DNA from: Eledone cirrhosa
Lineage: Eukaryota
NCBI GenBank assembly: GCA_964016885.1
Contig: OZ024745.1
Span: 122,326,001-122,390,000 of the forward strand
DNA length: 64,000 bases
Direction of reading: 5' to 3'
The stretch's first letter is position 1. Each line of letters begins with the position of its first letter. A program made the translations under genes and the position numbers. The notes beneath the pieces are model-generated. The model ran no database searches and was not told where the DNA came from. It was given only the letters and a program-made list of their open reading frames with translations. Below, in pieces: positions 37,101 through 51,500 of the stretch.

Positions 37101-40100
37101 CTAATTAAAAAAACTATGGTTATATTTACAGTAAATTTACCTTCAGTATTCATTACTTTCATAGAGCAACTAGATTTGCCTTGTTAAGTAATGCAATATT
37201 GTATAGTAAGTAAAATTTCAATTCTGTGTAGGCAGTGCTGTTTATACACAAGAGATGTAGTGGCATTCCTGTTGACTGATGGTTTACCAACACCTTAAGT
37301 GTTCAAAATGTTCTGACGCAATAGGCAGAATGCCAAAGTCTTCTGCAAAGACCATTATCTGTAGTAATGAATCACTGCAAAAGAAACTAAGTTATGTTAC
37401 TTTAGTTGTTTTTAATAATGTTGTGAGAGAAACCAATAATAGCACAGGAGCTAGGGTCTATCATACTTCAAAGATTACTTTGAGAAAAGTACTTTAAGAT
37501 GAATAAATATGAATGAGTACAATATTATTATGTGACAGTGAATAGGGAGTTGGGGATTTGTTTGAACAGAAGTTAGACATAGAATTGTTGTTTTGAAGAA
37601 ATATTTATGAAATCATTTGCAATGATTTCATAAATATTTCAAATCCCACCAAGGTTAGCTTTACCTTTCATCCTTATAAGGATTTATAAAATAAAGTACT
37701 AGTAATGCACTGGGGTCAATTTAATCGACTTTCCTAAAATTGTTGGCCTTGAGCCAAAATCAGAAACCATTGTTATATTACACACAGAAGGTCGGATGCC
37801 ATGCTTTGCAGCATAGAGTTACGTCCCTTTACGGTCTGAATTCAAATTTCGCTGAGGTTAACCTTGCCTTTCATCCTTATGGGGTCAATAAAATAAAGTA
37901 CCAGTAATGCACTAGGATAATTGCTGGCCTTGTGCCAAAAGTAGAAATAATTATTATATCACACACACAGAGGCATGCGACAAGCTTTCTGACAGATTCC
38001 ACCCACCAAATGAACTCAAAAGGCATTGGTTGACTAAAGGATATATATAATAGAGACTTGTACAAGGTGCCACTAGTGGGATCAAACTGAAAGCCATGTT
38101 GTGGTGAAGCAAACTTCTTGACCACACAGCCATAGCAATTGGAATTTACTGTTGGTGTTAGGAAGGGCATCCTGCTGTAGAAAACAAACCAGATCAGTTC
38201 TGTATGAGCAAGACATGGTCACCTGAGCTAGCATTGCTCACAGCAGGACAATTGGTCTAACCCATGCTAGCGTGGAAGAATGGACGTAAAACGGTGATGA
38301 TGATGTAATTGAAAGTTACTTTTGAACATTTAATATTCATTTCTCTCTTTCTCTCCCCCTCCAGTATGAACCAGTTGTTTCTTCACTGATTAAACTAGCT
38401 TTTTAGTTAAGGTTATATAACTAATTGTCTTTGATGTATCACTAGTGTTTATATGGTTTTTAAGTTTACATCCGGCAAAACCTGTCCATTTATCTCTCTC
38501 TTACTTGGCAGACACTAACTTTAGACTTTGTTTGTTTTTCTTACTTTAGTCTCTATAATTAAAGGTAAATATGTTTCCCACTAAAACAAACTCCTCGATG
38601 TAAAATATTTCATATGAGATCTAGTTTTTTTCTATCATTCACAATACAGTTTAAGTTGTAGTTGTAGCCTATTTGTAGTTCTTTTACTGGTTTCAGTCAT
38701 TAGACTATGGCCATGTTGGGGCACCACATTTGATGAATTTAATCGATCATATCGACCCCAATACTCGCTAGTTATTTTTTTAAAGTCTGGCATCATCATC
38801 ATTGTCGTCGTTTAATGTCTATCTTCCACGCTAGCATCGGTTAGACGGGAATTGTCCCACTTGAGGCAGGATTGATCGAGTGACCCTGTCTTGCTCGTAT
38901 AGGACTGTATCTGGCAGGTTTTCTACGGCTGGATGCCCTTCCTAACACCAACCACATTTACAGTGTGGACTGGCAGCCTTTTTACCGTTGTTTTTCATTG
39001 TTCCTATTTTGCTATAAGCTGTAAATGTATATACACACATGCACGCAATGGGCTCCCACATAGATTTTGTCTTATCAAATTTTTCTGACAAGCCATTGGT
39101 CAATCAAAAGTTATAGTTAGAGTCTGCCATGCAATAGGAAGGAACCTGAAACCATCTGGTTGCTAAACCACACAGCTATGGCTGCATAATTAAGAATATT
39201 GAAGAAACTTGGTTGAAAATAGAAAGTGGATAGTAGGACTTTTCTGTGTATATTATTTGTATTGTATAAGTTTTCTCCATATTGCTGTATCAGGGTAAGA
39301 ATAAATACACCGTATCCCTGCATGTCTTAAAAGGTGACTAAAACAGTTGACACAAGGAAGGTAATCCCGCCATAAAATATTGCTTTGAAAAGAACCCCAT
39401 AATGAGTATAAAGTTTGTCATGTGGCCTGCAAGGTTAACCCCTGCTTTAGTGGGGGGAAATAACCATAAAACACTTGTAGAGGTTTTCACTACTAGAATG
39501 TTTTTCCATATGCTGACTTGTATGTGTATATGTGTGTATGTGCATATGCATACATTTATATGTATGAGTATATAAATATAAACATGCAGACACACATTCA
39601 CACACACACATACATTCACACACACATACATTCACACAAACACATACATACTCACACACAGCGTATATTTTTCACTATCCCCTTTCTTCCTGTTACACAC
39701 ATACATTCATGTCGGCAGCAGATGTAAAGAGAGAGGAGTAGTATGAGGTAGTCAAACTATTCCTCTCTCTTTGTGTGTTGTGACAGAATCACAAACATTT
39801 ATATATAGATGAATCAAGATAAAATAATAAAGACTTGTGATAAATTATGTTAATTGTTTGTTATATTGCTGATAGACATCTGAAATTAATCATCGTAAAG
39901 CTTAACTGAATATATCTCCAACATTATGAGAATATATATTGATATAAGCAAAGGACGTGTGTCTAATGATATTATCATTGACAATTGGGATTGTATTTTT
40001 TAGCAATAAAAGAAAAAAAAGTATTTTGATTGGTTATAAAACTTGAAATAATCTTATTGGTTTTTGTTAGACACCTCTTCTGACTGTTTTCACAGATTTG

Positions 40101-40589
40101 ACATACATTGATCTGATACTCTAAGCTAAACATTAACTGTTGCTGAGTCCTGGCTTGCAGTCAGTTTATTTACTTAGCAAATATTTGATTGGTGACTGAA
40201 AAAGAAATAACAAAAAAAACTTTCAAAGCTTGTGTAGAAAATATTGATATAATTGATTTATTTTTTCTTTTAATCTGACCTATAGATTTATGGAGTCAGT
40301 AAACATCTTCTAAATTAGTGTCATTTCTGTTTATTTATTTCATTAAACTGAGTAATAGAGTTAAATTAACATTTTGAAAGTAAGAAAAAGATTACATTTA
40401 AAACTGTCATCATCATCATCATCATCATTTAACGTCCATCTTACATGACTAAATTAATCTCTACAATTTTGGCTTTATAGTTGAACAATGTTGTTGCTTA
40501 TCATTTTATTTTAAATATTTGATAATGTAAATATAATTCAATGTAAGAAATCAAAACATTTAAGATAAATCAATACTATGTTTTGATCA

Positions 40590-41135
40590 ATGAGAAAATG
40601 GAGTAAAGAAGAGCAGATCTGGCTATATAGGAAAAAGTAGAGCAAAGGACTATAAAAGCCATAAATGAGAGGAAAAGGAGGGGAAAAGCAAGGAATTTAT
40701 GGCCACAGAAGGAAAGGAGAGAGGGTGATCGGCCTAGGGCGTGGCTTTTTTGGGGGTGTGCAAAGGTATTTCTACAGACAGTGGCCAATGACATCTGCTG
40801 CAACAGCTGCTCCACCTCACGGGGATCCTTCCTCATGTTCTGATCTTGCAGAGGAACTTGGCAATACGGGGTCTGAGGGTGCCTGAGGTCTCGACAGTGG
40901 CTGGACAATCCTCGGTATTTGTTTGTCTTCCTTTCCTCTGCATTGCAGGCTGCAGTTTGTGGCTGAAGCAATTAAGTTGGAGGCAGAAAACGTGTCGCAA
41001 CATGTAACTTCCCAGATGAGGGATCTACCTCTTTCGAATGGGAAGAGGGAAATTCTGTTGGGGCACTTGCTGTCTCTTCAGTCGAGGCTTGCTGGCTCCA
41101 GTTTTGATGGGAAGCCAGCTGCATCCAGGCTCCTT
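40590..41135 (-). mobile_element. 3' fragment of a CRE-like (restriction-like endonuclease) non-LTR element
   Basis: Frameshifted ..FPFERGRSLIWEVTCCDTF..KYRG..LLQQMSLA... Same type as 43670-44050. Confidence 0.55.
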
Positions 41136-41917
41136 ATGTCTTTAATTCAGCTTTTGGTTTTATAGAAATATTTTCTACTATTTATTTTTTATTCAAAGTT
41201 ACAATAGGGAATCTTTTAATTATTGGTGTTGGAATTAACAAAAGAAAAAATGCTTTCTTTGGGTGTTTAATTTTATAGAAATATATGAAGCTATTTTATG
41301 TATTGAATCATAAATACTAAGAGCTGGCTACCAAAGCTTTGTGCTAACTTTTCATTAATATAAATTAATTTATATTGGTGTACATATTTTCCATTGTTTT
41401 ATGAAATAGTCTTTTTTATATAATCCATTAGACTGTTAAAGAATTAAAAATATGAGATATGTATAGTAAGGTGTTAAAATTTATGTTTTGAAATAGAATG
41501 GCTATTAGTTGTGATATCTGAGTAAACTAGGGAAAGTTTTAGCATATTTCAATGTCTCTATTGTATCTTAGACATTACTGAACTGTAAAATGGCCCAAAT
41601 CCTGCAAAATAGAAATAATTGTCTATTGTAAAGAAAAAGTGTTGCTATAAAAATAAAAATAAGTGGGTTTCTAGCTTGCAGTTCTGAGTTCAGCTCCTTC
41701 TTGATGAGGACTAGAATCTGCTAAGCTTATTTGCTTCAGATACTGTTATATGGATAAATTTTCAGTGGTGTCTCAATGGTTCATGGGAAATTTCTGCAAC
41801 TTGAACATTGTAACATTTGACAATGATTTCATCTTATTAGATTGACTGTGTTATTCTTGGATGTCCTACCCATGCAAATGCACGTTAAACGATGATGATG
41901 TCAACTTTTTTTAACAG

Positions 41918-41978
41918 GCAACACTTCAAGAAGGCAGCAATCATGGTCTTCGAGAGAAGCAATTTTCAAGTACTCCGG
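41918..41978 (+). CDS. Short linker exon of the same gene
   Basis: tttttttaacag acceptor, G|gtaggt donor. Phase 0 in, phase 1 out; ATLQEGSNHGLREKQFSSTP is open in the frame set by the previous exon. Confidence 0.7.
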
Positions 41979-43080
41979 GTAGGTTTTTCTTAAATTCATC
42001 TCTTATTACATTTAACTCTTTAACATTTAAACCAGCCATATCTGGCCAGAATTCTCTCACCTCTTTCTGTTCAAACCGGCCATAACTGGCTGCTCATAGA
42101 TTCGATATTATGTGAGATAATTATGTGAGATAATTATGTGAAAATACAATAGTAAATATAGAGATTAATGTAAATGCTAAAGGGTTAATTGTATTCATTA
42201 ACCCTTATATTATGTGCATTGAAGCATTCTTTGTTCTAGTTTCCATTCAATGACTCATACAATCTCCCTTAATCATCAATAATACAAGACTCGGTTGTAT
42301 TCTTTTTTTTTTGACATTTTGAATATGGCAGTTATATTTTCTTTTGGGAAAAATAAATACATCAGCTTATGTTTCTATGAAACAACTTATTGATTATTGT
42401 TATTAACTTCATTTCTAGACATATTTTGGTTAAATAGCATTGTTGTCGCATAAATGCATGCATGGCCCCATACCTCCTGAGGGAGTCATGGGGTCACCGT
42501 ATAGATATATAGTGGAGCTAATCTCTAGTGTATCAGCAGAAATACCCCACATTGTTTGTTCTGGCTATCTGCACTCTTGAGTTCAAATTCTGCCTCCTGT
42601 CATTGAAAAAGGGTGACAGGATAGGACTGTAGCCCCTCCTAACATTAGAACATCCAAGAGACTTGCCATGAGAAACAACCTTATCAGAGACTGGCTGAAT
42701 CTATACAGGTGTAGGCTGTAACAATAACAGCAACAATTTACTTAAACCCCTTAGATATCCCTGCATGTTGTGAGGGGATCCAGCTATAAAACATTGCTTC
42801 AAAGGACCAGTTCAACCCATGCCAGCATAGAAAAGAGGATGTAAAAATTACCCCCCCCCCCCCCCTCATTTAAAAGCATTGCAATTATTTTAATAATCCA
42901 TAGAAAATTGTTTGTCAAATTTTTTGAAAAATTTAATTGATTTTGGGGTTCAAAATTTTAGACTATTGGTAATTTAAAATCTTAGACTATTGGTAATTTA
43001 AAATCTTAGTGCATATTTTTAATAATAAGTGTTTTGTGTTAATACTTATTTTTATTTTATTTTTTTTTTTCTCATTCAAG

Positions 43081-43142
43081 TCCAATCTTCCAAATGTTTG
43101 GATAGTTCAAAACGATCTTCTTCAGCTCCAGCCTGGGCACAG
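43081..43142 (+). CDS. Short Ser-rich linker exon
   Basis: Long poly-T tract + caag acceptor, CAG|gtaaaa donor. Phase-1 join gives (V)QSSKCLDSSKRSSSAPAWAQ. Confidence 0.72.
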
Positions 43143-43669
43143 GTAAAATTTTTCTTTTGTCCAATCTTAAGTTTATACTGAGAATATAACTATCATTCAA
43201 GTTGATTCATTAAAATATACCTTATGTATTCATATACAAGCCAATGAGGCATCCTATATGTACTCACTCAACTTGCTAGAAAAAGTAGCCAAATCACCTT
43301 TAAATCATGTCTTAATTCCCCCACCCATCCACCTATCTACCTTTAATGTTAGCCAGAGAAGGAAGGACAGTAGCCATAACCCCTTTCATGTTCATTAAAA
43401 CTGGTAGAAAGGTATCCTAAAATTGGAGACCTGACTCTGACTGCTTTCAATAGAGTGGACTTTGCTAAAAGCACCCAAAGATCAAGTGGTGTTGTTTAAC
43501 TGGGTGACTGATTAAGTCTACCACTTATTGGATAATGTAGTCTAGAAAAAGAGGTAGGTTGGTCATGATTGACTATTGATCTATTTGTTCAGGGCCGACC
43601 TGAGGAGAAACAACTTCACTCTAAATAAAACCAATAAATGTTCTCTTTCTCCTTCATTACTATATGTAT

Positions 43670-44050
43670 TTTAGTTTATTCTGATAATTCATCTTGCAAT
43701 AGAAAATAGTAATGTAAGTAAACATAAAAGAACAGCCGAACTCCCACTGTCATCGCCTCCATCTCTCTCACTCTCCCCATCTCTCCGTATGGTGAGCAAA
43801 TGGGGGTTCCACGTGCTGGCCTCCCCACAGCCCTGGTGGACAGAATGGAGAAGGCGTTTCCCTGGAGGATGGTAAGGGAGATGCGCTGGAAGAGCCATTC
43901 CAACTCGCGGGGCTCACACCTGCGGCTGGCCAACTCAGCGCCTATGGTGGTGAGTAGGAAGGTAGCCCTAGGGCCAAGGACACCAGCAGTCTCCACTGCC
44001 AAGGGCACGACTGCAAACCTGTCGGAGAGCGACCGGTACTTGGACAGTTT
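43670..44050 (-). mobile_element. 3' end of a CRE-like non-LTR element
   Basis: PLAVETAGVLG..WLFQRISLTILQGNA matches the P-x-A-x-E-T-x-G ... FQR-x-S ... GNA C-terminal pattern. Followed by aataaa. Confidence 0.68.
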
Positions 44051-44512
44051 GATGTTAGGTTTTCATATGAAAAGAATCATCATCATCGCCACCGTTTAAT
44101 CTCTCCTAAACTTCCTCTGAAAAAAAAACAAAATGTTAGCATTTCCTGAGAACTACTCATGTAAGGGGAAAATACTGTTTTCTTTTAGGTGCAGTTTGTG
44201 TGTTGGTTGTATAATATGTATGCAGAGTCATTTCTGCAGATGTCACCAGAAATTACAATTTTCAAATGAAAGCCTTAATTTATTGTTTAGGCCCAGATCA
44301 GCTCTGATCAGGCCATGGTGACAGCCATCCAGCTGTGACCATCATATTTTTGTTTGAAGCACAATATATCGAAAATGACATTATCCAATTCAATTTGTCT
44401 TTCTTTGTCCTTCAAGATGAACATGATTTGCAGATTTAGTTGCTAATTTTAGCAGGTGAAGTCATTGTACAGTTTTCCGCTTTGGCTAGAACTAATATAT
44501 ACATATATCATA

Positions 44513-44584
<72 letters not shown>

Positions 44585-44944
44585 TATATATATACATGTA
44601 TGTTAACACAAGCATGGACGAGTTGAGAAAGAAATTGGGTATAAGAGGGATAAGTTGTGGTGTGCAGGAGAGAAGGCTGAGATGGTATGGGCATGTGATG
44701 CGCATGGAGGATGAATGCTGAGTAAAGAAGTGCCAAGAAATCCCAGTAGAAGGAAGATGCAGAAGAAGTAAACCACGTAAAACATGGGCGGATGTGGTGA
44801 GAGCAGACCTCAGATCGCTGAAACTCACCAAGGAGATGACGAAGGACCGTGACAAGTGGAGAGATGCTGTGCTGAATAGGACCCATCCAACCCTTGCAAG
44901 CAGGGATAAGCGGACGTAAAATGATGATGATATATATATATCTA

Positions 44945-44983
<39 letters not shown>

Positions 44984-46507
44984 CTGTAAATATGGTTGGT
45001 GTGAGGAAGGGCGTCCAGCTGTAAAAAACCTGCCAGAGACACTTCCGTACGAGCGAGACATGGTCTCCCGACCATTCTCGCATCAAATGGTACAAAACCG
45101 TCTAACACATGCTAGCGTGGAGGATGGACGTTAAATGAGGCTGATGATGATGATGATATCATCATCATCATCATCATCATTTAACATCAATTTTCCACAC
45201 TAGCATGGGTTAGATGGGTTGTCGCATTAGTAAAATTATGTATATAGAAAGATATATGGTAACATCCATGTTTTTATAAATTGAGCTTATAAAGTCTACT
45301 TTATACAAATATATATGTTTTATTAATTTCTGTTACCTAGAATACTGCAAGTGAGGACATGTCCAAACATGTACTAACATGTTCAAATTGTAGTCTCATC
45401 TTTCTATCATGTTACATTATAGTCTGTCATAGTCCTACCATTGGTCAAAGGGGATGCTGACTTTGAACTAACTATAACATTTTTTTAATTTTGAGGTTTT
45501 TGGAATTGTAATATTATGACCATAGGGTGAGGTTTAAGTCGGCAGAAAGGTATGTCAGTTTGACAATGCCTTGACTCTTTGGTACTTTTTAAATTAATAC
45601 ACAGACACACATTTACATACATACATACACACAAATACTGTTGTATAAGTTTGGTAGAAATATCCAAAGGTTACAAAATATCTTAGGTTACTATTTTGGA
45701 TGAGTTACGTATAATTAGTTACAACAGTGACATATACAGGTTTTTAAGTTGCGTTGGGTTATACACCCCAACTCATTCAGCCTGTTATATAAAAATAAAA
45801 TGGCTACCTCCACAGATTGATTTGAGGTTTTTTGAAAAATATGTGAGAGTTCTTCAAAGAGAGGTAATTTCGAATGTTAGGGAACCTGTGTAAAGTTAAT
45901 ATACTTTCTAACACGGTTCAACAATGTTTGAGACTTGGCACGGCCAACTGGTCAAACCTGCCTCATAGTGGTATCACCCGGCTTCCAAATGATAGTTCGG
46001 CTGTGAGCAGACTACAGCATGGCTAACTGCCTGGTCCCTCCTCATAACAGTGCCATCCAGTCCCACACTGTAAATGTGGTTGGTATTAGGAAGGGCACCC
46101 AGCTGTAGAAAACCTGCCAGGGACAGTTCTGTATGAGCAAGACACAGTCTCTCGACCAATCTCGCATCAAATGGAACAAAACCGTCTAACCCATGCTAGC
46201 GTGGAAGATGAACGTTAAATGATGATGATGATGATGATGTATATATATAATAAATTTAATAAAAAAAAAAAATTTGTTCATACATGATGCAAAAGCTCTA
46301 GCTATCGTTTCACGGTCCAATATTAACCATATCTCCAGATTGTAAGAGGGATCAAAATTGTGACCTAATTTTCATATGTGATTATAGTGGAGTCCTTCAC
46401 TATTATCTTTGGTATGGCAAGGGAAGCTCTGTATAATCACATTACAATCCTCAGTTCATCAGGAGTTTAAGTTAAAGCTCTTGTTCAGGTAGCAGAGTAT
46501 TAATCTT

Positions 46508-47170
46508 CAATATTACAATAAACCAAGGTTAACAACTTACATTCATTCCTTTATTTCTGTGTTCCTTTCAATACAGTTACAATGATACATGTATTTGCAG
46601 AACAACTGGAAATGTATAGTTATCAATTAACTACACTATACATAATACCTTTAACTTGCATGTCCTCAGGAAAATGAGAAAGAATAAAGTTGACCAATTT
46701 CAAATGGTTTTAAGAATAAATACAATATCAAAACAGTGAGCATAAACCAAGTAGTTAGATTAAAGAAACATATTTTGTAGATGGAGTTTATTGCCTGTGC
46801 AAAACTATAGGTTGAGTTACAATTCTTATGTCATTACTATTTACAATGTTATTAGTTATTTTATCTTGTACAATTAGAATGATATCTGTTGTGTGACAGC
46901 AGCATTTGTCTCGAGTCAAATGCTTTGTATTTAAACCGGACTGATAAAAATGGTAATTTCGCATGTGCCGCGTATATTTTTATATATTCATTCTTTATAT
47001 AAAGCACTAACCTTTTGTCTGCGCCTGCTACTACTTCTTAAAAGCATATGGTGTAGATAATTGATAACTAATCATTTGCAGTTGTTCTGCAAATACATAT
47101 ACCATTGTAACTGTACTGGAACATATAAAGGAATGAATGCAAGCGGTTAACCTTGGTTTTTTGTAATATC
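46508..47170. mobile_element. MITE/foldback element with ~120-bp imperfect TIRs
   Basis: atattacaataaaccaaggttaac..tacagttacaatg..gtatttgcagaacaactg..gttatcaatta is mirrored at about 47058-47170. Confidence 0.72.
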
Positions 47171-47634
47171 GCATATATCTATATCATCATCATTTTATGT
47201 CCACTTTTCCCTGCTTGCAAGGGTGGGACAGGTCCTATTCAGCATCTCTCCACTTGTCACGGTCCTTCGTCATCTCTTCCATGAGCTTCAGCGATCTGAG
47301 GTCTGCTCTCACCACCATGTTTTTCATGGTCTTCCTCTACTGCGTCTTCCTTCTACTGGTATTTCTTGGCACTTCTTTACCCAGCGGTCATCCTCCATGC
47401 GCATCACATGCCCATACCATCTCAGTCTTCTCTCCTGCACACCACAACTTATACCTCTTATACCCAGTTTCTCTCTCAACTCATCTATGCTTGGTCGTTC
47501 ACGCACATTGACATTGCACATCCAACAGAGCATGCTTGCTTCATTTCTCTCCAGCCGTCGCATATCCTCTGTAGTTATTGCCCATGTCTCACTACCATGC
47601 AGCATCGCGCATCTCACACACATATATGTGTGTG

Positions 47635-47761
<127 letters not shown>

Positions 47762-48366
47762 TAAAGTCCTTTTTTCTTGCTAACAAGGCTGGACAGAGCA
47801 TGACAGATGAGTCAGTACACAAGCAGCACCCCCTCCTTCACACACATCTTCCTTTTTTACTCCTCTCTGTATATTTTCCCCCCCCCCCCTCCTATAGTAA
47901 CTGCATGTACCATGGATGTATACAAGAGGAAAAGTTCTAATCTTAATGGCCACCAAATTCAAATTTGGAAAATAAAAGGATATTTTATTTTTATATTAAA
48001 ATAGATGATAGTTTTTAATCCTCTCACACACAAGCTTGTACATCAGGTTTTTATTTTTCTTATGTCTACCAGTAAGTTAATTAAAACTAAACTAAATATG
48101 ATTAGCTATTGTGACAACACTCTTCGTGTGTAATGATAATTTAATACCAGCTTGTTGATAAAATAATCCATATGAAATGTTATCATTGCATGTATACACA
48201 CGCACAGACACACACACACACAAAGAGCTACGAAATTTAGTAGATAAATTACATAATATTCATTTGTGATTTATTCAAAGTAATCCAACTTATTTTAAAT
48301 ATGTGATAAAAGAAAATAAAGAGGACACAGTCTTGCAGTTATCCAATCATTATATATTAGATAGAA

Positions 48367-48992
48367 AGGGCGGTGAATTGGCAGTATCGGTAGAGGGTTG
48401 GACGCCATGTTAGAGCGGTGAATTGGCAGTATCTGTAGAGGGTCGGGCGCCATGCTAGGGCGGTGAATTGGCAGTATCTGTAGAGGGTTGGACGCCATGC
48501 TAGGGCAGTGAATTGGCAGTATCGGTAGAGGGTTGGACGCCATGCTAGGGCGGTGAATTGGCAGTATCTGTAGAGGGTCGGACACCATGCTAGGGCGGTG
48601 AATTGGCAGTATCTGTAGAGGGTTGGACGCCATGCTAGGGCGGTGAATTGGCAGTATCTGTAGAGGGTTGGACGCCATGCTAGGGCGGTGAATTGGCAGT
48701 ATCTGTAGAGGGTCGGACGCCATGCTAGGGCGGTGAATTGGCAGTATCTGTAGAGGGTTGGACGCCATGCTAGGGCGGTGAATTGGCAGTATCTGTAGAG
48801 GGTTGGACGCCATTCTAGGGCAGTGAATTGGCAGTATCGGTAGAGGGTCGGACGCCATGCTGGGGTGGTGAATTGGCAGTATCGGTAGAGGGTCGGACGC
48901 CATGCTAGGGTGGTGAATTGGCAGTATCGGTAGAGGGTTGGACGCCATGCTGGGGCAGTGAATTGGCAGTATCGGTAGAGGGTCGGACATGC
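48367..48992 (+). repeat. 14 x 45-bp minisatellite made of the SINE-A 5' head
   Basis: Unit gggcggtgaattggcagtatc(t/g)gtagagggt(t/c)ggacgccatgcta. The last unit continues into a full SINE body to about 49140. Confidence 0.95.
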
Positions 48993-49149
48993 TTTCCAGC
49001 ATAGTTACGTCCCTTTACAATCTGAGTTCAAATCCGGCCGAGGTTAACTTTGCCTTTCATCCTTATGAGGTCGATAAAATAAAGTACCAGTAATGTACTG
49101 GGTAATTGCTGGCCTTGTGCCTAAAAAGGAAACAATTATATATTAGATA

Positions 49150-49520
49150 GTAAAAAATGATCGAATTTCTGCAGCATCTGTTGGTCGCCATGATAGATCG
49201 GCTTTTCCCTCGATTTGAAATTTGTTGTTGGGCATATCGATTTGTCTCTTTTGCTACAACTTGGAAGAAAGTCTGTGGCAAAAACAAGAAGAAATAATCC
49301 AATGCTTTGGCATCTGGAGGTAATGTGTGTTGTGGACCAGTATTTTCAATAAAATCACGAACATGTATTGATGTAACATTGCTGTAACATTTTCAATGGT
49401 GTCCTGGAGATCTTTGCTTTCACTATCAAAACAACAATCATCGTTGGATGAAAATTTAGAGTTATATACATCTGATTTATTTGAAGACGAATCACTGATA
49501 TTTTCTTTTATTTCTTCTTC
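49150..49520 (-). pseudogene. piggyBac transposase N-terminal remnant
   Basis: Acidic stretch, then GPQHTLPPDAKALDYFFLFLPQTFFQVVAKETNRYAQQ, typical of PGBD-type transposases. Confidence 0.7.
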
Positions 49521-49539
49521 ATTTTGAATGTCATCGATG

Positions 49540-51500
49540 TTTAGGATTTTTTGGATTTTAACATCAATTGCTCAGACTTTGTCTATCGTCCAATCGAGTA
49601 TTCCAAACGTTGATGTTAGGACAGGTGCAGCTAACACATTGTGAGCCACTGTTTTATTGTGCGCAGAGATTTCAGATGACCATATTTTTCTTAACCCTTT
49701 AGCATTTACATTACTCCATATATACTATTGTATTTTTGCAGTATAAGCTTTACCTCACATAATTATCTCATATAATATCAAATCTATGAGATTTTGATGC
49801 TATTTATTTTGAGAACAATAGCTTAAAGTCAGTATGAGGGGCCAGTTATGGCTGATTTGAATAGAAAAAGGTGAAAGAAATCTGGCCAGATACGGCCGGT
49901 TTAAATGCTAAAGGGTTAAACGGGTGTAATATTCCCTGGTTACACATTCCTTATTACAGATACCACCATAGGATATATTGTTATCTATCCCTAGATATCT
50001 GTAGCAGTCCTCGTCAGATATCAGTGAAACAGTTAAGTCATTGATAAAAATGTTGCTAGATTGGCTTGTAGTTTTCCCCCGCTTTACAATCATATATGAA
50101 CATTTATGCTGACCATACTCCACTCCTGTATCCTTTGAGAACGTAGCCAGGTCAAGATTTTTCTTCATCCCATTTATGTTCTTGGCATAGAGTTTCATGT
50201 CATCCACAAGGAAGTTATGTGAGCCAATTATGTATCCTTCACATTTCTTGATCAGAAAGGACAAGGGGTTTAATGTCTCAATAAATAGTAACACAGAGAA
50301 ACTGTCTCCTTGAAATATACCCCTGTGATATTCTATTTTATCAGTGAAAATAGAATTCTTCTCTGTTTTTAACTTTAGTATAGTAGCCCAAGAAGATAGG
50401 TTCTCTATGGCTCTGATAAAAGTGTCTGGGACTTTAGCAAGTCAGAGGGCCTTTGCCATCCAAGAGTGGGGAACAGAATCAAATGGTTTCCTGTAGTCCA
50501 GCCAGACTGTAGCCATATTCCTCCTAAGTTGTCGCACCTCCGACATCGTAGTTTTGTTAATTAGTAGTTGTTCAGCATACCCTCAAATACCTTTCTTTCC
50601 ATCTGCTTGTTCATCTGTGATGTCATTACTGTTGCAGTGATCTTAGAGAAATAGGTTCAGGCATGCTGTGTATACATTATACATCAGATTCTGGCATGCA
50701 ATGGGTCAGTAGTTTTTTGCCAAGTGGATTTCTTTATTCTTGGGGACCAATATTGTTTGTGCTAATGTCAACTATCCTGGTACATGTGCATCTCTCTTGA
50801 GAGCTTGCTGGTAGAGATTGATAAGATACATCTGTTAGAACGACAGTTTTTTGTACCAGTAGCTGACAAGTCTCTTCCAGGTGTTTTCTCATCTAGGAAT
50901 TTTCCTATCTTAAGGGTATCCTCATTTATTCTGAATGTTTTGTTGCAGTCTAGGGGCAGCAGTTCTTTTGGATCTCTTTTAGCCACACTGCATCTTGGTT
51001 GAAATTCTTCTTTTCACCCCATATTTTTCTCCAGAAGGAATCTGTTTTCACTGGCATTTATTATTTTGCTCTTCATATCTCCATAGACTGATGTTTGGTT
51101 TCATCTAAATCTTTTATTTATTATTTTTCTGTCAGCCTCTGTCTTCTGGTATAAAAGTTTCTTACTGACAGCTTTCAATTCTTGTTTGAGGTTGATCAGC
51201 TTATATTCAAGAGATTTGGTTGTACTATCTCGAAACATCATTTCTATTTTATTTTTCACTCTTTGTTGGGAGAAGTCAGTTTTGCACTCTTTGTTGGGAG
51301 AAGTCAATTTTATAACAATTAAATAAATCATTAAATTTGTAATTCTAAGAGAAATGCGATTTATAATTTCGGTTTCTTCTGTAGGTACAACTAAATACAT
51401 TTTGTTTACCTTTCTCGTTTTTCTTTGGTAAATTGTTGTTGATGTTGTGTTCAGCCATGCTGTTTGTAACAAATCCTTGTAAAATGAATTTATTATTTAG
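49540..51500 (-). mobile_element. Decayed R4/Dong-like (RLE) non-LTR retrotransposon RT, split by a TTAA MITE
   Basis: WLDYRKPFDSVPHSW, RGIFQGDSFS, NPLSFL, HNFLVDDMKLYA, YRYLGI. EYYTRL|RKIW rejoins across the MITE. Confidence 0.8.

Noticed and set aside
48295-49002. 235-aa Pro-rich repeat ORF
   Set aside because: It is the antisense reading of a 45-bp SINE-head minisatellite.
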